A stretch of DNA of 64,000 bases from Callorhinchus milii (taxonomy: Eukaryota). The notes beneath the pieces were generated by a model, which saw only the letters and a program-made list of their open reading frames with translations, made no database searches and had not been told where the DNA came from. Positions 48,560 to 61,364 of the stretch are shown here, piece after piece (the stretch's first letter is position 1; every line of letters starts with the position of its first letter). The DNA lies in NCBI RefSeq assembly GCF_018977255.1, contig NW_024704743.1, forward strand, positions 23,748,001 to 23,812,000. The letters run 5' to 3'. The translations under genes were made by a program, and so were the position numbers.

Positions 48560-48750
48560 TGCTTTAAAGACTTTAACATCCCATGGCATTACTCAAAAAG
48601 AGAAGGGAGTTTCTTCCAAATGTCCTGACCAACAATCCTCCAAATAAAATTGATTATTCACTTCAGGGCTACTTGTGGGATACTGTTGTGTGCAAATTGG
48701 TTGGCGTGTTTGCATACAAAATACAGTCATTACGCTTTACAGTAAATCCT
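48560..48750 (+). mobile_element. Deu-domain SINE 3' part
   Basis: atcccatggcattactcaaaaagagaagggagtttctt...gtgggatactgttgtgtgcaaattgg. Confidence 0.75.
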
Positions 48751-49304
48751 GTGAAACACTTTGAGATTTCAGAAAAGCACTATATAAAATGCAAGGATGA
48801 TTTATTATCACTCACATAATAGACCTGCATTTGCAATTCAGCCCGTCATTATATTAATACCTGGCCAAGTAGTTATGCACCTTGGATCTCCTCTGCCCCA
48901 AACTAGAAAGGTGATATTCTCAATAATGTTTTTTTATATTTAAAATACTCTCCACCCCACCACTCCCCTGCCCGTGATCCCAAGTATCACAACCCTCTCA
49001 AAATGATTATGTGATGAATGTCTGTATTTTGTGAAGATGGAGTTGGACGAATATGCCTCTGGCATAGAACTCTCTCTGAAAATGTGTTGGGTGTAAGAAG
49101 ATGATTAATGAGGCAAACTAAGAATGTCAGGGTGGCGGTTATTAAATTGCAATACATTGGTGGGATTTTTTTTTAAATACAGCATTATCCAAAAGGACCT
49201 GATAGTTAGGTGTAGAGGAGAGGAACCACAGAGCTTCCTGGATTTAGATCTGTAACGAGTACTATACCAAACAAATGACTATTCGCGTTAGAATCAAAGA
49301 GACT

Positions 49305-49460
49305 AATCTCCCCCAGTGGTCGAATGGGTACGACAACATACCATCCCAGTCAGAGGTCTCGGTCTGTTCAGAGTTAACATTTCAAATTTGCTTCAGCGCA
49401 CAAGGGCAGTGAGGAGAAAAGTTGCCAATGTTCCTGCTCCTGATCACTGCCCTTGCAATG
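49305..49460 (+). mobile_element. AmnSINE2-like fragment
   Basis: ctcccccagtgg...ggtctgttcagagttaa...gttcctgctcctgatcact. Confidence 0.5.
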
Positions 49461-49466
49461 TAGTTT

Positions 49467-49740
49467 AATAATAATAATAATCTTTGCACTTGATATAGCA
49501 CTGTATCACATCTTCGAGATGTCTCAAAGCACTTCACAGAATAGACTGTAAAGTGAATCGACTACATTTTGTGGCCGAAATGCGGTAGCCAATTGCGCAC
49601 AACAGTGTCCCACAAACAGTTGGGAATTGAGTGACCAAATTATTATTTATTTTGCAATTAAGTAACTAATACCTCCGGAAGAGCAATCCGCCAATCAACT
49701 AACAACTGGGTTTTTTTTTACTTACTGATAGGTAAACAGA
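49467..49740 (-). mobile_element. tRNA-derived SINE, 5'-truncated
   Basis: (aat)n tail and family body in reverse. Confidence 0.88.
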
Positions 49741-50085
49741 TTTTTATATTATTTTTTATAAATACATATTTTTATAAATAGTTTGGATTGGGTTGTGATT
49801 CCTCCTGTGTGTCGTTCACACTCCTCTAACCCCTCCCCCCATGATTAAACATCTGACAACAATTGCTGACAAGGTACACACATGGGTGGCGGCAACTTGG
49901 GATGAGGCAATAATAATTCTTATGTTTGATGTAAACCCTTCATGTGACGAGGATCCTTCACAAAATATACAATACAGTGTAGTGATTGTGTGTTCTGTAG
50001 ATGAACGCAGCAGCCAATATGCACTCACAATATCCCACAAACAAACATGAAGTGAATGACAAATTTTAACTGGGGGATTATTGGT

Positions 50086-51672
50086 CAACAACAACAAGGT
50101 TCCATTTATTGAGCGCCTTTCACGTCGGGAGGACATCCCAAGGCGCTGTACAGTTGGGTCAGGACCCGAGCAGGGGGGAAATGGTCAGGGTGAGGGGAGG
50201 GAAGGGAGGGAGCGAGGAGGGGGTAGAGAGCCGAGAGGGGAGCTGAAGGCACAGTCAAAGAGAAAGGTCTTGAGACGGCCTTGAAGCAGGAAAGGGAGGA
50301 GGCGGCGAAGGCACTGGGGGATGGAGTTCCAGAGCCTCGGGGCTGAGAGGCTGAAGGCCCGGCCACCGATGGTAGGGCGGTTGGGCGGGGGATGTGGAGC
50401 AGACCGGAGCCAGAGGAACGGAGGGTACGGGCAGGTAGGTAGGGGGATAGTAGGTCGGAGAGGTAGGAGGGAGCAAGGCCGTGAATGGCCTTGTAGGTGA
50501 GGATGAGGATCTTGAATTCGATCCTCTGGGGGATGGGGAGCCAGTGGAGGCGAGCGAGGGTGGGAGTGATGTGGTCGCGAAGCCTGGTGCGGGACAGTAC
50601 ACGAGCTGCAGAGTTCTGAATGACCTGCAGCTTGTGGAGGGAGGTGCCGGGAAGGCCGGCGAGGAGAGAGTTCCCATAGTCCAGCCTTGAGGTGATAAAG
50701 GCGTGGACCAGAGTTTCAGCAGCGTGAGGGGTGAGGTAGTGCCGTAGTCTGGCGACATTCCGGAGGTGATGGAAGGCGGTGCCAGTTGTGGCGCAGATAT
50801 GAGGGAGAAAGGACAGCTCAGGGTCGAACAGAACCCCGAGGTTCCTGACTGGCTTTGAGAGGTGGAGAGTGCAGCCTTGGATGCTGATGCTGTCAGCGCC
50901 TGAGGTGCGGAGGCGCTGACGTGAGCCAATCAGGAGGGCCTCAGTTTTGCGCACGTTGAGCTGAAGAAAGTTATCTCTCGTCCAGGACTCGATGTCAGAC
51001 AGGCAGCTGTCAGGACATCGGTGGTCGTGGAGTTGAGGGTAGAGGAGGAAAGGTAGAGTTGGGTGTCATCCGCATACATGTGGAAGTTAACCCCATGTCT
51101 GCGGATGATGTCACCAAGGGGGAGCATATAGAGGGTGAAGAGGAGGGGACCGAGGACAGAGCCTTGAGGGACACCGCACGAGACAGTGCGGGGGCTGGAG
51201 GAAAAACCATTTGTGGAGACAAAGTGAAGACGGTGGGAGAGGTACGACCTAAACCACTCAAGGACAGGGCCTTGAAGGTTTAGGTGGGAGGACAAGCGGT
51301 GGAGGAGGATAGCATGGTCGACCGTATCGAATGCTGCCGATAGGTCGAGGAGGACGAGGAGGCAGAGGGAGCCCTGGTCACAGATGGTCAGGATGTCATT
51401 GGTGACCTTGACCAGGGCAGTTTCTGTGCTATGGGCAGCACGGAAACCCGATTGAAGGGGTTCGAATAGTGAATGGTTGGAGAGGAAAGAGCGCAGCTGG
51501 GAGGCGACAACTCGTTCCAGGACCTTGGATAGGAAGGGGAGGTTGGAGATGGGCCGGTAGCTTGATAGCTGCGACGCATCAAGGGAGGGTTTTTTTAAGG
51601 TGGGAGTGATGGTGGCAGTTTTTAAGGGAATGGGAATAGAGCCAGAGGAGAGGACAGGTTGACGATGTCTGT
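50086..51672 (-). mobile_element. Young L2 LINE (subfamily A), ~1.6 kb 5'-truncated, inserted in a Deu SINE
   Basis: ORFs 50930-51295 ([21 protein letters not shown]...MYADDTQLY) and 50106-50954 (282 aa, HLRNVARLR...SRLDYGNSLL...LHWLPIPQRIEFK); (ttg)n tail. Host SINE halves lie at 49910-50085 and 51690-51920. Confidence 0.96.
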
Positions 51673-52039
51673 GATATAAAGTAGAACTTCCTTCTCATTT
51701 AAAATAATGCCACGGGATCTTGAACATCCACCCAACCAGGTAGACGGAACTTGGTTTAACATCTCGTCCAAAGGTCGGGACTTCTGACAATGTAAAGCTC
51801 CCCTGGCACTGCACTGGAGTGTCAGCCCAGACTATGTCAGTACAAATCCTGCTCTACATTTGAACCCACAACCTTCTGACTTAGAAGCGAGTGCTACCAA
51901 CTGAGCCAGTCTGACACCTGGCTGGTACCAGAAGACACTGACAAAGCAAGGACCCCCAGATAAAGGAAAAAAGATTGAAACGTTTTCAGGAGAAACCGCA
52001 AATCACTGAGGTTTGATAAGTCTTTGAGCTGTAGCTCTC

Positions 52040-52420
52040 TCTGGTGATGTGATAATTCAGATAGGACCTGATCGGGATATTTAAAATTATGAAAAGATTT
52101 GAAAAGGTGGGTGTTACTAGGCTATTTTCCTTTGCTGATGTGCCCCAAGTATAAGGTAGCAAGAGGCAAGATCTAAAAAAAAGTTTTGGGGAAACTTCCT
52201 CTGTGAGGTGGTGAGAATGTGGAACTCACATCTCGAAGCTGAAGCTAAAACAAAAAGCATCAATGTATTTTAGAGCAAAGTTGACGCGTATATGTGGGAG
52301 TAGAGAACAGAGAGATATAAGGAGAGGGGAATAGGAGGTGTGGAGTATAAATGCAAGCATGGACTAATTGGGCTGAGTAGCTTGCTTTCATGCTGTGGCA
52401 TTAAGTGTAATTCTATCTGT
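52040..52420 (+). mobile_element. CR1 LINE 3' fragment
   Basis: gacctgatcgggatatttaaaattatgaaaagatttga (DLI..FKIMK.F) through gtggtgagaatgtggaactc to the CR1 3' UTR. Confidence 0.8.
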
Positions 52421-52622
52421 GCAGTGAAGAGAAAGCTGAGGTGTCTTCCTTTCCTGCAACTTAATGAACTTAAACCTCATTGTGATGGGTCAGTTTTTGA
52501 CAGAAGTTCTGTTGATGTTACAGTTGCATGATCTCCGCTGTTACTAATCTGACAATTGTCGAAGCAATTTAGCAATATAAAAATATAAGTTCTTTTGCTT
52601 GTATTATGGTTGCCATTCCCTC

Positions 52623-52895
52623 TGTTTCACTCCCTCATTCAAAGTTTAGTCATGGATTGAGAAATAGGTCCCTATTAGTGAGGGGGAGGAAAGTGTTATA
52701 TAAGGCAGGACTCATCCACAAACTGCAGGAAGATTGTTGTAGAATAAGACTTATTATTTTTGTTTCACCCCCTCATTCGCAGTTTAGTCACAGATTGAGA
52801 AATAATCCCCGATTTGTGAGGGAGAGAATGTTATATAAGGCAGGACTCATCCATGATCTGCTAAAATGCCAGTGCCTGAAAGACTTATAGTATAT
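52623..52895. repeat. Two-copy tandem duplication with a ~138-bp unit
   Basis: Units start at 52623 and 52761 (tgtttcac(t/c)ccctcattc) and share tgttatataaggcaggactcatcca exactly. Confidence 0.9.
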
Positions 52896-53180
52896 GTAGT
52901 AAGTGTGATCAGCTCTGGTATAATGTTACACTCATCTTTCACACACAATACCATTACACCGTGAGTGGTAGAATTGTGGTATAAAGTTACCAGCCTCTTC
53001 CTTGACACCTGAGCTGCAGCAGAGCTGATTCATTTATAAAGGGAGGAATCTGTGTTAACATGTTGGCCATGCTCATTGGTGTCACAAAATGGTAGGAAAC
53101 AGGGTTGCTCTAAAGGCTGTATCGTCAAGAAGATCTCAGCTGTTTCGTCATGCGTATAATATGCAAAAAAAATGTTGTAT

Positions 53181-53632
53181 GCAGGGCGAAACGTTGGGCA
53201 TTTCCTTACTCCACATGCCTGTTTACCTAGCAATAAATAGGACTAAAAATCTTTGATTGTTTGTGCGACACTGCTGTGCACAATTGACTGCCATGTTTCG
53301 CCCACTTGTGTTTGATGTAGTGCTTTATCATGTCTTCAAGATGTCTCAAAGTGCTTCACAGAATATACTGGAAAGTGAATTGACAGTATATTTTGTTGGC
53401 GAAACATATCAGCCAATTGCGCACAGCGTTCTACAAACAATTGTAGATTGAGTGACCAAATTTTTTTTTTTAAGGAATTATTACCCTGGAAAAGCGATCT
53501 GCCAATCAACTAACAAACAGGTTTCTACTTATTGTTGGGTAATCAGAGGCACGTGGAGTAAGGAAACTTTTCGCCCTGCCCGGGTCTCTTGTTTGCAAGG
53601 CGAGTGCTCTAACCATTAAGCTGCAGGACTCC
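53181..53632. mobile_element. Abutting inverted SINE pair (53181-53305 plus, partial; 53306-53632 minus)
   Basis: gcagggcgaaacgttggg... on the plus strand and ...tttcgccctgcc...gctgcaggactcc on the minus strand. Confidence 0.85.
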
Positions 53633-53717
53633 AAATCATTGGATATTACTGTATTATCCTAACTTTACCTACAAACTATATTACATGTCCCAAGTGCTAA
53701 TACGAGGCGTTTGAGGT

Positions 53718-54697
53718 ACGTTGGGGACATCCTCCTCAGACATGCAGTCAACTTCCACATGTTTGCGGATGACACCCAGCTCCACTTTCTGCCTCCACCA
53801 TTGACTCCAGGACCACTGCTGTCCTGACAGAATGTCTGGCAGACATCAAGTCCTGGATGAGAGCTAATTTTCTTCAGTTGAAAGTCAACAAGACCAAGGT
53901 TCTCTTGATTGGCTCCCCTCAACGCCTCCTCACCTCAGGCGCTGACAGCATCACCATCCATGGTTGCACACTCCACCTCACTGAGCCAGTCCAGAACCTT
54001 GGAGCCTTGTTTGACCCTCAGCTATCCTTTCTAACACACATCTGCATCATGACCCGTTCTGCCTTCCCCCACCTTCACAACATCGCTGGGCTCCGCCACT
54101 GTCTCACACCGTAGGCCGCCGAAATCCTCACACACGTCTTCATTACTTGTCAACCTACCAACTTCTCCCTCCATAGGCTGCAGATCATCCAGAATGCTGC
54201 AGCCTGCGTTCTCTCCCGCACCAGGCTCCATGACCCTATCACCCCCATCCTTGCCCGACTCCACTGGCTTCCCATCACACAGACGGTACAATTCAAGATC
54301 CTGGTTCTGATTTTCAAAGCTCTCCATAGTCTCGCTCCCCCCTACCTCTGCGACCTCCTAATACCCTACCATCCTGCTCGCTATCTCCGCTCAGCAGGCT
54401 CCGGTCTGCTTCATGTCCCCCACCTTGCTTACCCTACTATTAGCAGGTGGGCCTTCTGCCAATCTGCCCCCACTCTCTGGATCTCCATCCCACAGTCCCT
54501 CTGCCTCGCCCTCTCCCTTGCCTCCTTCAAGAGCCATCTCAAGACCCTCCTCTTCGACCGTGCTTTCGATCTCTCTGCTTCTCCCCCTGCCCTCCACCCT
54601 CCCTGACCCCGACACTTAGCTCAGGTCCGAAACTCTGTCAGTCCAGCGCCTTGGGACGTCCTCCCGACGTGAAAGGCACTATACAAATGTAATTTGT
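53718..54697 (+). mobile_element. L2 LINE (subfamily A), ~1 kb 5'-truncated
   Basis: MRANFLQLKVNKTKVLLIG...; tail gggacgtcctcccgacgtgaaaggcactatacaaatgtaattt. Confidence 0.94.
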
Positions 54698-55224
54698 ACC
54701 CAATTTGAATTCCAATAATGCAGATTGGTGGTTTTTCAGGCTGTGAGAAATTAAGTCCTATTGTAAAAGTGTTGACATGGATCCAGGCAAGAGCTTATAA
54801 TGCTGGTTACAGTGCAAAGTACAATAGCAATACATACCCTGGAGAGTTGAGCGATTGCAAGTCAAGGGAAGGAGCCAATACAGACATTCATTCTATGTTG
54901 GAATAGTTTACAAACTATGTAAGTTGTGACCTCAAACCCACTGACAGTGTTTTTATTTATTCAAAAAACACAGGATTCTCTTTGAAATACCAAAACTGAG
55001 AAAAAAAAATGGTTTCTTTAATGTTTGTGCTCGGTTTTGAATACATAGCAATGAAAGAACATGACCTTTACTTAATGTCACTTGTCTCCAGATTTGAAGT
55101 TGAGATGTTGCTTTTTGAACCTGTTCTTTCTCCTGTTGGTTTTATTGTATATTAGTAATAATGCTTGAATTTGATGTAGAGTTTATAATGTCAAAACATC
55201 TCAAAGCACTTCATACTTGACTTC

Positions 55225-55590
55225 ATAATAATAATCTTTGCATTAATACTCTTCATCAAATTATCTCAAAATGTGTAACAGGATATACTGTGAGCTGCTG
55301 TCTGTGTACAGTATTTGTAGGTGAACACAGAGCTACTTTTGCACAAAGCGATGTTCCACAAACAGCTGTAAACTGAAAGGACAATTTATCTGGAGAATTG
55401 TTGGCCAGAACACTGGAGAAACTCTTTTCAAATAGTGGCATGGGATCTATAACACCCTCTCGATCAGGCAGAAAGGACTGTTGTTTAAAATCTCATCCAA
55501 AGAATGTTATCTCTGACAATGCAGCACTACCCCAGCCTGTATTGGACTGTAAGCCCACAAGATCAAAGTCCTGATGTAGGGCACTTCCAT
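55225..55590 (-). mobile_element. Deu-domain SINE
   Basis: aatagtggcatgggatct...tctcatccaaagaatgttatctctgacaatgcagcact. Confidence 0.75.
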
Positions 55591-56599
55591 AGCAAGATTC
55601 AAAATACACATGTGTAAGCACAGCTGCAATGTGTATTACCATTTTAAAACACAAGACCCAGGCAGATCCAGTGTCAGACCAAACAGCTTGATTCATGAGC
55701 AGTTCTTGAGAGGTATGAGAGGCAGACCAGTCACAGAAGGCAGGGATTCTCCACACTCGGTTCCTGTTTACCCTGTAAGCAATATGCCTCTGTTTAGTAA
55801 TGATAAGCTATGCAATTTTGGCAGGTTAAATTCTAGCAATACTCCTTTAAGCCTTGTGTCACTGCGGGATTAGGTAAGCAGAGTGCATCTTTTTGGGAGA
55901 GAGTGCGCATTCCATTCCTGACACAAGGAATCCTGTAATAATTGTTAGGGCATGGGTTTAAAGACGCTACCTTGTGTGAAGGGCACTATATAAATGCAAG
56001 TTGTTGTTTTTGTTTATTGGTAAAAGTTTGATGAATTTTTTTGGTGTTGTGTTAAAAAGTTTTAAGGCAAAACGTTGCTTGTCGGTGATGGAGGATCTTA
56101 AATAACTCTTCAATAATTCACACGTTTGCATCATCTCCCAATGCAAGAAAAATACAATAATATCAGGGAAGTCAACAAGAATATTCAAATAAAAGATTTA
56201 TAGACAATCAAACAGGTTGAAAAGTACATGAAAATGGTTGTTCTGGAAAATAATGGGTCTGAAAATCTCCATTTTGAAACCTTGGCTTAATGTCACTAGC
56301 ATGTTTAGTACTTATGTATTTGTTATATGTAAGTCCTATAAAATCTGACTTATACATAACTTTACATAAGTCATATATGATACAACCTATGCAAGTTTGA
56401 CATAACTCATACTTTGCATAAGTCATATTAAATGTATGGTCCCAACTGATACGACTTATGTGAGGTTTATTGTATTCCTTTCCATGTGCCTCCCGTGTTC
56501 AGCCTCTCTCTTTATGAAGCCTAGTCTTTCATTGTTTGCAATGTCTTTTTCATGTTACTCCATCCCCAGACACATTTATCCATCAGTGTAGATTCTCTG

Positions 56600-58845
56600 T
56601 ATCGTTTCTCGATTCTCGAGCGGTGGCCATTGCCTGGCCAGCGGGAGCCGCCATTTTGGACTTCCAGATATTCCCGCCATTCTTCGTGATGTCACTTCTG
56701 CCCGCCAGGTTTGAATCCCTCTTAGCAGGTACAGTATAGCTTATACCAATGTCTCCCTCCCTCCTATCCTCGGTCTGTCTGTCTCCCCTGTCCTTCCCCT
56801 GCAGGTTGCTTATTGCTAACCACAATGAGCGCCCTCACCCCTCTATGCCACCTCCAGCCCCCACAGCAGGCTAACAATGTCCCACTAATCCACTGCCTCT
56901 CATCCCAGCGTGCGCATTTTGGCTGCCGCCCTCTGACCCGAGCTGGCCCTCCCTCAAAATGCAACTCTCCCGCTCTGTCCTGCTCTCTCTCGCTTTGTTC
57001 CACCTCCGAAACATCGCCCGTCTCTGCCAATACCGCTCTCCGAAAGCCACTGAAACCCTGGTCCATGCATTTGTCACCTCTCGACTGGACTATTCAAACT
57101 CCCTCCTCACCGGTCTCCCAGCCACTACCATTCATAAAATCCAGATTATACAAAACTCTGCCGCCCGCATTCTCACCTGCACCAAACTCCCCGATTACCC
57201 CAGTCCTTGCCAGACTGACTGGCTGCCTATCCCAGAGAGGATTGACTTCAAGATCCTCACCCTTGTCTTCAAAGACCCTCTGCTGAAGACTTTTCTTTTC
57301 GACCGGGCCTTTGGTCACCTTCCTCCCCCTCCCCCGACTCAGCCCTGGGATCCGTTACTGCGAAGCGCCCTGAGACTCCATCCGGCGTGGAGGGCACTAT
57401 ATAAATTCAAGTTGTTGTTGCCCTCTCCACCTCCTATCTCTGCTTGACCCCCCCCCCACTGCCTCCCTCTGCTCCAGCCTGGGAATCCTTTGTCGGGCTC
57501 ATCGTGGCACTCAGCGTTGGCTGTCCAGAGGCAGCTACACCAATTGCCCATTCCCCACAAACGACATCCTGACCATGTGTGACCAGGGCTCCCTCTGCCT
57601 GCTCGTGCTCCTCGACCTTTCCTCTGTCTTTGACACCGTGGAACACTCAATCCTTCTCCACCGCCTCTCCTCCCACCGAAAGCCTCCAAATTTCTGTCCT
57701 TGACTGGTTCAAGTCTTGCCTTTCACATCGCCTCCACTTCGTCACAGCAAACGGCTTCTCTTCCAGCCCACGCACCGTCTCATGCGGTGTTCCTCAGGGC
57801 TCTGTCCTCGGTCCCCTCCTCTTTACCCTCTACATGCTCCCCCTTGGTGACATCATCCGCAGACATGGGGTAAATTTCCACATGTATGCGGATGACACCC
57901 AACTCTATCCCTCTGCCTCCACTCTGAGCTCCAGGAGTACTGGTGTCCTGACCGACTGCCTGTCCGACATCAAGTTCTGGATGAGGGACAACTTTCTCCA
58001 ACTCAACGTCAGCAAGATCGAGGCCCTCCTGATTGGCTCACACCAGCACCTCTGCACTTCAGCCTCCAAGGCTGCACACTCAACCTCACTAAGCCAGTCA
58101 GGAATCTGGATGTCTTGTTTGACCCTAAACTGTCCTTTCTCCCCCACATTCGCACTATGACCAGCACTGCCTACCACCACCTCCGCAACATTGCCAGACT
58201 CCGCCACTGCCTCACCCCTCAGGCTGCCGAAACCCTCACCCACGCATTCATGACCTCAAGGCTCGATTACTGAAACTCCCTCCTCATCGGCCTTCCCAAC
58301 TCTTCCCTTCACAAGCTGCAGATCATCCAAAACTCTGCAGCTCGTGTACTGTTGCATACCAGGCTCTGCGACCCCATCACTCTCATCCTTGCCCGACTCC
58401 ACTGGCTCCCCATTCCCCAAGGATCGAGCTCAAGATCCTCGTCCTCACTTTCAAGGCCATCCATGGCCTTGCACCCTCCTACCTCTCTGACCTGCTGACT
58501 CCCTACCAACCTGCCCATCACTCCGTTCGACGGCTCCGGTCTGCTCCATGTCTCCCGCCCAACCTGCCCTCCCATCGTTGGTCGAGCTTTCAGCCTCTCT
58601 GCCCACACGCTCCGGAACTCCATCTCACGGTCCCTTCGCCTTGCTTCCTCCCTTGCCTTCTTCAAGGCAGGTCTCAAGTCCCTTCTCTTCGATCGTGCCT
58701 TTGGTCGCCCTCCCATCTCTCTGCCTTCCCTCACCTCTACACCATCTCTCCCCCATGCTCGGGCCCAGACACCTGACTGTTTAGCACTTTGGGACGTCCT
58801 CCTGACGTGAAAGGTCCTCTATAAATGTAATTTTGTAGTTGTTGT
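56600..58845 (+). mobile_element. L2 (subfamily A) apparently retaining its 5' end, internally deleted, with a nested subfamily-B insertion
   Basis: CpG-rich 5' segment, then ATG 56959 MQLSRSVLLSL; after the insertion it resumes as PLHLLSLLDP/TASLCSSLGILCRAHRG. At ~57556 it jumps to [21 protein letters not shown], then MYADDTQLY and an A-type tail. The 5' boundary is approximate. Confidence 0.8.
56993..57420 (+). mobile_element. L2 (subfamily B) 3' fragment nested in the L2-A element
   Basis: FHLRNIARL...SRLDYSNSLL...; B-type tail gcgccctgagactccatccggcgtggagggcactatataaattcaag(ttg)n. Confidence 0.92.
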
Positions 58846-59339
58846 ATGAAATCAAACGTTTTTTTCTTAGAAAGGCACTCAGATTTGATGTTCGATTAAA
58901 ATAAAAGCCAGGATCAGTGAATGATGACTTCAAAAGCATATGATCAACCGTTGTTTTGGCTGTGAACCATCAGCCAGGGCTTGTCAAATAGAGGCTAAAA
59001 TCTGGTCAGCGGGTTACATTAACAGCAAGGTGAATTCAGATGAAGAAATGCAATAACGTTTGACTGTTCGTCATTCAATACATAACATAAAGATCTAAAG
59101 AATGTGACAACCATGTTCCGCACGCCCAGGGGTACAGTTATCCAAACAAATTCAAGCTATGAGCAAAAGCAAGAAAGTTGCATGTTTTCCAGAGAGAAAG
59201 AGAAATGCAGAACTACAATATTCTGGTGGTATTTCAACTCCACCGTTGAGGCACATGTGGGCAGAGCCTCACTTTCCCATCATAATAACATGGTAAAAAT
59301 ACAGTTGATTCTTAGTTAGAATTACAGCCCCATGTATTA

Positions 59340-59630
59340 CAGTCAGTGATTAGAGGGCATCAATTTAAGATAGTTAGCAAACGAGCAGATGGGAAGGTTA
59401 GGAGAAAGTTTTTGTGCAAATAGTGGTTATGATTTGGGAGTGGTGCTTGAGGCAGAATACATATTAGCTTTCAAAAGGGAACTAAATATTAAATAAACAC
59501 TTAATAAAAGGAGTCAACTACAGGGGCATGGGGAAAGGGCAGGTAAATGGGACTGAAATGGGATTGCTCTTTAAAAGAGCCAGCACAGGATTGGCTGGAT
59601 GGCCTTCTCGACCGTAAGTTTCTATGGTTT
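59340..59630 (+). mobile_element. CR1 LINE 3' fragment
   Basis: agagggcatcaatttaagatag (RGHQFKI) through ggatggccttctc...gtttctatg. Confidence 0.8.
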
Positions 59631-61364
59631 GTTTTCCATGGTCACAACATCCCTCAAGATGAGGAATGGAATCTGTCTTGTCATTATTTCCCCTTTCTTA
59701 AGGTATTATACATTGGAGGTCGTTCTTGCAAACCGAGGCCATCATCAGTGAATGGCTGGCAGCTTTCTGCGTCAGTGTAAAGATCCTACTCTTAGAAGTC
59801 AGTTAATTATCTGGGAAAACTGGACAGGGATTCACAAAAACACTTGATCATTGTTTCGTCGTCTTGTTGTCCTTTGGAGCAATAAGAGAATTCAAAGTGT
59901 TATTCATCCATATTGCAACTGGCAGTCATCAGACGAATTGTGCAACCTTCAGAGGAAAATCAATGCATTGCAAAATGCTCGATGTGCTTGTATCTGCGAG
60001 AGGAAAGATCTACAAACAGCAGGAAGATTTCAGCTAGCTGCAATACATTCCTTGGCAATGCTTAATAACCTGAAAGCATACAGATGTTGCTGAACATGTT
60101 GGGGGTGACGAATGCAATATGTGATGTCTTATTTATCACAGGTAACGATAGTTGCATCGCCAAAAATTGCAACAATTACAGATTTCATTTGTATAGCGTC
60201 TTTCACATCGGGAGGACGTCCCAAAGTGCCCAGACAATTATTGACTGGCTTTTGGCTATGTGTGCTCTCCCCAGCTTTAGCACAACGGTTTTGGTCTGTA
60301 CATAATGATCATAGCAGTAAAAAATTGCTAATTTCTGTTGACCTCAAAACTATCCCCAAACCTTGAGAGATACTCATTTGCTTGTGCTGATATTTTTCAT
60401 ATGTCATTAATTTATGTGCACTATCTTACCTGTTAATAATAATCCTCAAAATCATAACAGATTATAATGTATGCTGGCCATAGTTTTCCTTGGTACTTTA
60501 TTGTAAATGACTAAATTCTCAGTGCCAATGTCAGAATCATTGATCTTTCTGTGCGAGTGTCATTACTCATCAATGAAACTGAGCAGCCTGTATACTAATG
60601 GCAGTTAACCAACCCAAACCTTAACAGAGCCACTACGTCAAATGAACTCTGCATGTCACTTGACAGCTGATGCCCCGGTGAAGCTTTGTGACAGTAATCA
60701 CTCCCTTGCAAGTATGAATTTCTGTAATAGAAAGAATATTTCACAGGTGACGGTACATTACTGGACATTTTTCACTCTTAAGAAAGACCTCCTCATTGCC
60801 AGGAGGCTTTAATGCTCCTGAAATACGTGCGGGTGAAATCATCTCAATGATGCATAGCTCTCAATGTAATATTAGTTATGTATTTCTTAGATTTTCTACT
60901 ATTATACTGTGTGCATGTTTGAAAATATGATTTGTTTATCAATGCAGTATAATTCTTTGAATGCGGGGGCCCTTGTAACTTCTCTTCTAACCCCTCAATC
61001 GAATATTGTTGGGAATTATATGAAATTTGCTAATTATCACATGATGTATTTCCCCCTTTCCCATTATACTTCAAATCTTATAGGCCCTATTCCGAATCAT
61101 TCGGGGCCCAACTTCACCCTGTAGTTATTATTGCAAATTTAAGCAGTTAAGGATGGTCTTACCCATAGAATTCCCAGGTTATCAGCCAGGATTTTGTTCA
61201 TGATAAATTGCAGTAATTAAGTTGAAATTGTTCATCATTCAGTTGATACCAATGTGGTGAAAACAATTAAATTCACAATACTGTTTCAATTAGATAATAG
61301 GCTTCCCAAAGCTTCACAGACACTGGACTGAATGGGATTCTTCTGTGCTGTAAATATTTATGGT

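Noticed and set aside
50106..50954. 282-aa ORF, the longest in the window, as a host gene or active reverse transcriptase
   Set aside because: It is the C-terminal part of a 5'-truncated L2 ORF2, frameshifted from the YADD-containing ORF and lacking the endonuclease domain.
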